From positions 3,228 through 67,227 of the forward strand of contig JAYUSZ010000181.1 of assembly GCA_043755435.1 (NCBI GenBank): DNA of 64,000 nucleotides, read 5' to 3'. How positions within the stretch are numbered: the first letter of the stretch is position 1; each line of letters opens with the position of its first letter. Both the position numbers and the translations under genes were made by a program. This document shows positions 10,311 through 17,084 of this stretch, one piece after another. This DNA comes from Bryobacterales bacterium. GTDB lineage: Bacteria > Acidobacteriota > Terriglobia > Bryobacterales > Bryobacteraceae. The notes below the pieces were generated by a model that had not been told where the DNA came from, searched no databases, and saw only the letters and a program-made list of their open reading frames with translations.

Positions 10311-11269
10311 TGCTGCCCATTTCACCCCGCCATTGGTACACATTAGCCAGACTTTCAGCCCCGCTGCATTTGGGCACCTCCGTCGCCGGTGACCTGCTGG
10401 AGGATTTCCCCGCAATTGCCCAAAAGCGCGGCGACGCATCAGCCCGCCGCTGGTTAGCATCCCAGGTGCTTTCCAGTATCCGTCTCTGGTTTTGGGACGA
10501 TATCAAACATTCCCCGGGCCAACTGGCATTGGGTGTTGCCTTGGGTATGCTCGCTTTTTTTGCCATCAGTGAGGTACTTACCCGCATCCATATATTAGAG
10601 GCGCAGATTCTTCACTTTGTCCTATTCCCATTTACACTAGCTTGGGTTGCAACACTCTTCATGCGTGGAAAGGAGCTATCAGTTGGCTTCCTTTCCGCCA
10701 TAGCTTTAACCTGCCTTCTCCTCCCCGCCAAGTTCTATGCCGTTACAAGCGGAATAGGTTGGATGGCCGGAGCAGGATTATGCAAGTGGCAGCGCGTCAA
10801 ACGCTATCGCAGCAAGGAGGAAGGACCCCAGGCGGTCTACCAAACAGTGACGCACTTTCAATATAGTTCCCTGATTGCCGCACCTGTGGAAACCGTGTTC
10901 GCCTTCCACGAGCGTCCCGATGCCATTCAAGTGCTCACCCCCTGGTGGCTGTTCCCGCGGTTTGAACGTCTCTGCGGAAAGGGCCTCGAAGCAGGTGTGG
11001 AGGTTATAGTAACCACCGCCGGTTTCGCAAAATGGCACGCCCGTCATGTGGCTTATGAAAAGAACAGCCTGTTTGTGGACGAAATGGTCAGCGGCCCCAT
11101 GAAGTCGTGGCGGCATGAACATCATTTCCAGAAACAGGATGGCGGCACACTGCTCACCGATTCAATCGACTTCGTTCCAATCGGCCCCGCTTGGCTAGTG
11201 AAATGGGGGCTTGGGTTATTGTTCCGATTCCGTCATGCTGTGACTCGAAAAGAGTGTGCTAACAACTGA
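10310..11269 (+). CDS. Membrane protein with C-terminal SRPBCC (START/cyclase-dehydrase-like) domain
   Basis: The start overlaps the padR stop (TAATG). The N-terminal cytoplasmic segment contains GDLLEDF...ARRW, followed by 3-4 hydrophobic helices. The C-terminal ~150 aa carry SRPBCC-like motifs (HFQYSSLIAAPVETVFAFHERPD, WRHEHHFQ..DGGTLLTD). Confidence 0.65.
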   Translation: MLPISPRHWYTLARLSAPLHLGTSVAGDLLEDFPAIAQKRGDASARRWLASQVLSSIRLWFWDDIKHSPGQLALGVALGMLAFFAISEVLTRIHILEAQILHFVLFPFTLAWVATLFMRGKELSVGFLSAIALTCLLLPAKFYAVTSGIGWMAGAGLCKWQRVKRYRSKEEGPQAVYQTVTHFQYSSLIAAPVETVFAFHERPDAIQVLTPWWLFPRFERLCGKGLEAGVEVIVTTAGFAKWHARHVAYEKNSLFVDEMVSGPMKSWRHEHHFQKQDGGTLLTDSIDFVPIGPAWLVKWGLGLLFRFRHAVTRKECANN

Positions 11270-11364
11270 CATCTCATCAGCCGCTACTAACCTCGGATAT
11301 TTTGCGTCTGGGTCCGCTAAAATCTCCCCAAACAAACTTTAATTCAAAGTATTACCATTTGAAT

Positions 11365-11700
11365 ATGGCGAAATCCAGTCCAAAGCTCCGTGTGAAAAAA
11401 CCCACCAGCCTTCTAAACAAACCCGTTAAAGCAAACTTCAAAGACCTCTTCAAGGGACTTGCCAAGTTTGCAACGCACACCTTAACTTTCAAGTGGGAAG
11501 ATCTGCCAGCGGACGGGGTTGAATCCCTCGCTGCTCTCAACTTGGTTACAGAACCAAGCGAGCTTGCATTCGAACTGATTCAACGTGCCCTTTCCAATGC
11601 GGTAATACACGCTGATAGGAGAAAGTTCCAACCAACTGACCGTTATGAAAGATGCCGACCGGATGGCAGAGCAGTTGGATTACGAGATATCGTATCGTGA
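11365..11700 (+). CDS. Hypothetical ORF, probably the detached 5' part of the NACHT gene
   Basis: ATG 11365 (MAKSSPKLRVKKPT...). The last ~30 codons are Arg-rich and look non-coding. They overlap the next ORF, whose frame is already open from 11606. Confidence 0.4.
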   Translation: MAKSSPKLRVKKPTSLLNKPVKANFKDLFKGLAKFATHTLTFKWEDLPADGVESLAALNLVTEPSELAFELIQRALSNAVIHADRRKFQPTDRYERCRPDGRAVGLRDIVS

Positions 11701-14038
11701 TATTCATTTCGACCCAAAGTTCCTCGACAGGCCTACTGAACTGCCCATGCTCAAAGACATGGAAGCACTCCTCGAGCAGTGGCTATCAGCTCAAACCGAA
11801 ACCGCCATTTCAGCAAAATTAATCGCGCAGCGGCTCCCCAGCTATTTCGTTTACGCGCTGAATCAAGAATGGCGCCGAAACACCAAATCCTATAAGCCTC
11901 TTCTCGATGCAATGGACACCCCCTTCAGCAAGGCTGGCGACCGCGAGTGGGCTTGGGCCGCATACTCCGCACTGCTCGACAAGCGAACACAGGAAGCCGT
12001 TTTTGACGAGTCCTTTGGTCTGGTTCAAATGTACGTTCCCTTGAATGCTTACTACGTGAAGGAGAAAGACGGCAAGGATTTACATGGTCCGAACAAAGAC
12101 AAACCTCGCCAGCGTATCGTTGTCGTCTTACAGCAGGAATTGGAAGGCTGGCTTCAGAAATCCAAATCGCAGGACGCGATTCGGGTGATAAGTGGTGGAC
12201 CGGGCAGCGGAAAGTCTTCCTTCGCCAGAATCTTCGCTGCGCACCTTTCCAAAAACCAAGGGCTAAAAGTTTTATATGTCCCTCTGCACTTGATTGACGC
12301 AACAAAAGACCTGGTCGATGAAGTGGGACGGTTTGTCAGGGATGAAGGGATACTTTTGCAAAACCCTCTAGACCCAGCTTCACCTGAATCAAACCTGCTA
12401 ATCATCTTCGACGGCCTCGATGAATTGGCCAGCCAAGGAAAGGTTGCTGCAGAAACAGCTAGATCTTTCGTCAGGGAGGTGGAAAGAACAGTTGAAAAAC
12501 GAAATCTCCAAAGCGTCAAGCTTCGAATTCTGCTCTGTGGTCGTGAATTGGTGGTGCAAGACAATGAATCTGAATTTCGGCGCGAGGGGCAGATCCTCAC
12601 ACTATTGCCCTATTTTGTTGGTGGGCTCTCAAAGGATCAGCCGCGTCGGTTGCATGACGGAGAGCAATATCACGATCCCAAAAAAATATTGGAACAGGAT
12701 CTGCGAAATCGTTGGTGGAAGAACTATGCTCAACTCACGGGCAGAAGCTACCAAGGCCTACCAAAGGAGCTGGATCGCCCGGATCTCGAAGAAGTTACGG
12801 CACAACCACTTCTCAATTACTTGGTTGCCCTCAGCTATACACGTGGGGGGTTAGATTTCACCAAAGGAGTGAACCTCAATTCGATTTACCAGGACCTTGT
12901 GAAGGCAGTCCACGAACGCGGCTATGAAAAGAGTCGTGCCTTTGTACCCATTAGAAGTATGAACTTCCAGGACTTCTTTCGGGTTCTTGAAGAAATAGGA
13001 CTGGCAGCCTGGCACGGTGATGGAAGAACCACAACAGTAAAGGAAATCGAGAACCATTGCAGCAACAGCGGGCTTGGCGGCTTGCTGCAGACCTTTAAGG
13101 AAGGGGCGGAAGCGGGTGTAACTCGATTGCTCGCAGCCTTTTTCTTTCGACAATATGGGCAACGACAAAGCGGGGATCCCACCTTTATATTCACGCATAA
13201 GAGTTTCGGCGAGTACCTCACCGCTCGAAGGATTGTGCGCGCAGTAGAAAGCATTGTCAGAGAATCAGAACGTCATGCCGATTATCCGGATGGTGGTTGG
13301 GATGAGAAAAGTGCGCTTAAGCATTGGGTTCAGGTTTGCGGACCCAGCGCAATGTCACAATATCTGCACACATTCCTCCTCAACGAAATTGAATTGCGGG
13401 ATGCAGGTATTCAGGCAAAGTGGCAAACACATTTGGCAAAGCTATTTAGTTATATGTTGCGACACGGAATGCCGATGGAGCTCCAGCCGCTGTCTTTTAG
13501 AGAAGCGATGTTCCAATCCAGAAATGCCGAAGAGTCCTTGCTTGTCGCTTTGAACGCATGCGCTAGAAATACAAAGCAGTTGAGTCCAATAGAATGGCCG
13601 ACTCCGACCACCTTCGGAGAATGGTTTAAGCGGATACAGGGCCAAAGAACAGGCGGTGAATCAGCACTTGCCGCAGACGGCCTTTCATACTTGGATTTGA
13701 GCTCATCAATACTGTTCAATGGCGATTTCTACGGATCGAATCTTAGCTCTTCCCGTATAAGCTCGGGCACTTTTGCTTGCTTTGTTACAGCCAGCCTTCA
13801 AAACGCCAATCTACAGGGGGCCTTCCTCATAAACGCTAACCTCGAAGGCGCTAACCTCGAAGGCGCCGACCTCAAAGTCGCCTATCTCGACCGCGCCCAC
13901 CTCGAACGCGCCCACCTCGAACGCGCCAACCTCGAGGGTGCCAACCTCACAGGGGCGACCGTCGAAATAAACCAATTATCACTTGCTATTACAGACTCGA
14001 CGACAAAGGGAATGCCTACTGTCCGTAAAATCAAGTAA
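11645..14038 (+). CDS. NACHT-type STAND NTPase with C-terminal pentapeptide-repeat domain
   Basis: Walker A is GGPGSGKSSF and Walker B is LLIIFDGLDEL, followed by a long helical/winged-helix region. The C-terminus has 11 consecutive A(N/D/H)L(E/Q)(G/R) pentapeptides. Confidence 0.85.
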   Translation: MKDADRMAEQLDYEISYRDIHFDPKFLDRPTELPMLKDMEALLEQWLSAQTETAISAKLIAQRLPSYFVYALNQEWRRNTKSYKPLLDAMDTPFSKAGDREWAWAAYSALLDKRTQEAVFDESFGLVQMYVPLNAYYVKEKDGKDLHGPNKDKPRQRIVVVLQQELEGWLQKSKSQDAIRVISGGPGSGKSSFARIFAAHLSKNQGLKVLYVPLHLIDATKDLVDEVGRFVRDEGILLQNPLDPASPESNLLIIFDGLDELASQGKVAAETARSFVREVERTVEKRNLQSVKLRILLCGRELVVQDNESEFRREGQILTLLPYFVGGLSKDQPRRLHDGEQYHDPKKILEQDLRNRWWKNYAQLTGRSYQGLPKELDRPDLEEVTAQPLLNYLVALSYTRGGLDFTKGVNLNSIYQDLVKAVHERGYEKSRAFVPIRSMNFQDFFRVLEEIGLAAWHGDGRTTTVKEIENHCSNSGLGGLLQTFKEGAEAGVTRLLAAFFFRQYGQRQSGDPTFIFTHKSFGEYLTARRIVRAVESIVRESERHADYPDGGWDEKSALKHWVQVCGPSAMSQYLHTFLLNEIELRDAGIQAKWQTHLAKLFSYMLRHGMPMELQPLSFREAMFQSRNAEESLLVALNACARNTKQLSPIEWPTPTTFGEWFKRIQGQRTGGESALAADGLSYLDLSSSILFNGDFYGSNLSSSRISSGTFACFVTASLQNANLQGAFLINANLEGANLEGADLKVAYLDRAHLERAHLERANLEGANLTGATVEINQLSLAITDSTTKGMPTVRKIK
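13790..13954 (+). repeat. 15-nt-periodic tandem repeat encoding the pentapeptide-repeat domain
   Basis: GCNAACCTCGAAGGC-like units are repeated in frame (ANLEGANLEGADLKVAYLDRAHLERAHLERANLEGANLTG). Confidence 0.9.
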
Positions 14039-14044
14039 GACCAG

Positions 14045-14254
14045 TTTCGCCTTCGTCTGCTACCGGTTAACCCGATAGAACGACTGCTGGAAGCCGACGT
14101 TTAGGTGATGGTTAAACCGCCGTCGGTTTTTTAGAATGTCACATCCGTCAATGTAACCTATGAAAAGAACCGCCTGTTTGTGGACGAGATTGTCAGCGGG
14201 CCTCATGATGTCGTAGTAGCCAAGCTTGGCCAGATTCAGAAGTTCGAGAGGTAA
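14045..14254 (+). pseudogene. Decayed fragment of an SRPBCC-domain paralogue
   Basis: One + frame reads ...PIERLLEADV*VMVKPPSVF*NVTSVNVTYEKNRLFVDEIVSGPHD... This aligns with residues ...PRFERLCGKGLEAGVEVIVTTAGFAKWHARHVAYEKNSLFVDEMVSGPMK... of the intact gene at 10310-11269. It has two in-frame stops and no upstream part. Confidence 0.55.
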
Positions 14255-14630
14255 TAGAGACCGTTCTTCCAATCCACCCGGGCAGTGGCCAAGCGGGCAA
14301 AGCGGCGCACTATCTCTCCGGTGGAATACCGCTGTTGCGGGATGACAAGCGAGGCACGAACACCCTCATCGTAGGCTTGCTCTTCCGCCGCAATGTCAGC
14401 GTCAATCTCTTTCTTGTTGGAGTGATAAAATGCCACCTTGGAGTTGGCTGTTCGCCTTTATCCGCGTCCATCGGCGTGCATCCGTGGCCCAAATTCTTAA
14501 TTCTGATCCCATCGAAACCCCAATCACACATCATCAAAAATCCCCAACCCCCTCACTCCAAACCACTTCCACCAACACCCAACCCAGCCCGCTTGCCACC
14601 CCATGGGAAAATCCAATCAAGGAAAAATCC

Positions 14631-15197
14631 ATGACATCCGCATCCCAAATCGCCGCCAACATCGCTAACTCCCAGCATTCCACGGGACCCACCACCTTCG
14701 AAGGCAAAGCCCGATCCGCCGAAAATGCCCGTAAATTCGGCTTCTACTCAAAGCAAGCCGTCCTGCTAAGCGACGAAGACCACTACCACTTCGATTGCAT
14801 CTGCGAAACCTTCGAATTCGATCTCCAACCCCAAAACACCATCGAACACACGCTAGTCGAATTAATCATCCTCGCCGCCTGGAATATTCAAAGGTCCAAC
14901 TACCTTGAAGCCAAACTCGCACGCACCGAAGGTGCCGACCCCTTGCTCTCAACCTCTAAAACCATCGATCGAATCCACGCCTTCCGCCACCGCACCGAAC
15001 GCAGTTTGCTCAAACTACTCAAAGAATTCCAGCGTGTGAAATCCGAAACCCCACCCGCCAAACCAATTTTGCGAAACGAACCCAATTTCCCCGCTCCCTT
15101 GCAGTTCATCCCGGCCAACACCCGCCAAAAGTCGCCACCCTACGTCCGCCCCGATGCGAAAGTAAGCGGCGGTTGCACGGTGTCTGACTTTGTTTGA
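14631..15197 (+). CDS. Hypothetical protein
   Basis: ATG 14631 is preceded by AAGGAAAAA. The N-terminal motif ANIANSQHSTGPTTFEGKARSAENARKFG resembles a recurrent uncharacterised family that I cannot name. The 5' extension to 14430 in the track is low-complexity and unlikely to be coding. Confidence 0.5.
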   Translation: MTSASQIAANIANSQHSTGPTTFEGKARSAENARKFGFYSKQAVLLSDEDHYHFDCICETFEFDLQPQNTIEHTLVELIILAAWNIQRSNYLEAKLARTEGADPLLSTSKTIDRIHAFRHRTERSLLKLLKEFQRVKSETPPAKPILRNEPNFPAPLQFIPANTRQKSPPYVRPDAKVSGGCTVSDFV

Positions 15198-15505
15198 CAA
15201 ACATTATCGCGTCCAGTAGCTGGTCGCTGAGATCCTCCGGCAACGGCCAACTTTAATTGGCGGCCTTGGCCTGTTTCAATTTGCCGCTAGTCTGATTACC
15301 TCAGGATTTAAACGCCTGATCCGCCGAGGAACAGCACAGATGAACTGGAAAGGCCATCTAAGGAATGGCTGGCAACCTGGAATGGCGAACACCCCATTCG
15401 TTTGGAAAGCGTCTGCCGATGTCATCCTCGACAAGGTCCGGACGTTGTAAAGAATTATCTGAGACAGGAGACTAGATGGCTGAATTTGCGCGGCTGTAAA
15501 CAAAG

Positions 15506-17056
15506 TTACAGCTTCAATTCCCAACCTTTCTTGAACACCGGCTTGACGAACTTATTGGCTTCCACACTATTGGTGAAGCGCATGTTTTTTGCGTCCCAAT
15601 CCAACTTGCCTGGAACATGCAGGGAAATTGCGGCCAATGCCAACCACTCTGCGTAAGGTGCTGTAACGCTGAAATCGGAACAGGAAGTTTCACCACCCTT
15701 GCAGGCGCGGACCCAATCCAACATGTGCCCAGGTGATCGTGTTAGTAACTGTGGAGGCAGGCGATATTCCTTCCATCGCGCTTCCGGAAGTAAGTGCACA
15801 CCCTCGCCGCGCGATGAAGTCGCCATCACACCTTTTGATCCAATGAACACTGCTCCGTTACCGCTCAAAATTCCAGGCTGCGCTGCGGGACCGCGCGATC
15901 CAAACACCTTCACGCCAGGACCACCGGCACCCATCGCCGGCATCGCGCCACCCGTTGGCGGTGGACCACCTTTGCGATTTGCGCCACCAGCACCACCGGC
16001 GCCGCCTCTTCTGCCACCCTCACTTTGGCCTCGTCCCTTGTCTCCCAAATTATTCACCGGCGGCAGAATGGCTTCGTTTTCCATGCCTGGAATGCGGTAA
16101 GCCAACGGATCGTCGGAACGCGGCCCGTCGTGATAATAGACTTTGACTGGTGGCATACCGCCACGTGCTGGAAAATCAAGCCGCACTACAGCCTGCGTTG
16201 GATAGGTAACGGAACTGGCGCCTTCCACGCGAATGCATTCAATGCTGGTAGGCGCACCCAATTGCAGAGCAACATGTACCGGACCTGCGGTATGAGTTGC
16301 CCAATTGCCGATTTGCCCGGTTCCGAATTCCAGGAATCCGCGCCAATTGTAAGGCACGTAATAGGAACTAAACGGACGTTGCGACGCGCCGCCCAACCAC
16401 AGGTTCCAATCAATGGTGCTGGGCACAGATTCCGATGGAGGCAAGTCTTTGAGCGCGGTGGGATGAGTTCCCGGAGTTACTGAAATGTGCGCTTCGGTGA
16501 CGTCACCAATTTCGCCAGACCACACAATTTCCGCTGCCACGCGATTGGCTTCGTGCGAAAATCCTTGATTGCCCATCTGCGTGGCCACTTTGTATTTGGC
16601 CGCTGCGTCCATTAGCAAACGCGCTTCCCATGGTGTGCGGGTAAGTGGCTTTTCACAGTAAACGTGCTTTCCGCGTTGCATGCAGGCGAGCGCGACGGTA
16701 GCGTGCATGAAGTCTGGAATGCCGATTGTGACGGCATCAATATTCTTGCCTTCCTTATCCAGCATCACCCGGAAGTCTTTATACTTTGGGACCTTAGAAT
16801 ATTTTTGAAAATTCGCTGCCGCACGGGCTTCATCCACATCGCACATTGCGACAATATTTTCAGTTCTTGCGGCATCGTTTAGATCAACGCCGCCCTGACC
16901 GCCGCAACCAACTGCGGCCACATTCAATTTGTCGTAAAAGGGTTTGTACCCCAGCGCTCGTAGAGAAGGAACCGAGCCAAACCCCGCAGCGGGAACGGGG
17001 CCAGCGAGCAATGCCCCGAAAAAGAAGTGACGTCGCGAGACGTTGTTGTCAGACAT
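15506..17056 (-). CDS. Tat-signal Gfo/Idh/MocA-family oxidoreductase with Gly-rich insertion
   Basis: Twin-arginine leader (SRRHFFFGALLAG), Rossmann motif VAAVGCGGQGG and EKPL motif. There is a ~55-aa G/P/A-rich low-complexity insert. Confidence 0.85.
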   Translation of the reverse strand: MSDNNVSRRHFFFGALLAGPVPAAGFGSVPSLRALGYKPFYDKLNVAAVGCGGQGGVDLNDAARTENIVAMCDVDEARAAANFQKYSKVPKYKDFRVMLDKEGKNIDAVTIGIPDFMHATVALACMQRGKHVYCEKPLTRTPWEARLLMDAAAKYKVATQMGNQGFSHEANRVAAEIVWSGEIGDVTEAHISVTPGTHPTALKDLPPSESVPSTIDWNLWLGGASQRPFSSYYVPYNWRGFLEFGTGQIGNWATHTAGPVHVALQLGAPTSIECIRVEGASSVTYPTQAVVRLDFPARGGMPPVKVYYHDGPRSDDPLAYRIPGMENEAILPPVNNLGDKGRGQSEGGRRGGAGGAGGANRKGGPPPTGGAMPAMGAGGPGVKVFGSRGPAAQPGILSGNGAVFIGSKGVMATSSRGEGVHLLPEARWKEYRLPPQLLTRSPGHMLDWVRACKGGETSCSDFSVTAPYAEWLALAAISLHVPGKLDWDAKNMRFTNSVEANKFVKPVFKKGWELKL

Positions 17057-17084
17057 GCCTTACATTATATAGTCCGGTAAGGAA

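Noticed and set aside
13790-13954. Possible CRISPR-like periodic repeats (also considered for 23798-23953 and 54053-54093)
   Set aside because: The periods are 15, 39-42 and 14 nt with no unique spacers. The first two are in-frame coding repeats and the third is only three units. I saw no cas genes.
14236-14436. 66-aa minus-strand ORF (MAFYHSNKKEIDADIAAEEQAYDEG...)
   Set aside because: It has no SD and no recognisable family. It overlaps the 3' end of the SRPBCC remnant and lies in a region of gene debris. It may be another remnant, but I cannot support a call.
14040-15505. Search for an integrase, transposase, tRNA or inverted terminal repeats that would define a mobile element around the NACHT cassette
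   Set aside because: I could recognise none of these by eye. The insertion inference therefore rests only on the duplicated SRPBCC fragment and on composition.
15699-16100. 133-aa Pro-rich plus-strand ORF
   Set aside because: It is the mirror image of the Gly-rich insertion in the oxidoreductase on the minus strand (GGN codons read as NCC = Pro). It has no start context.
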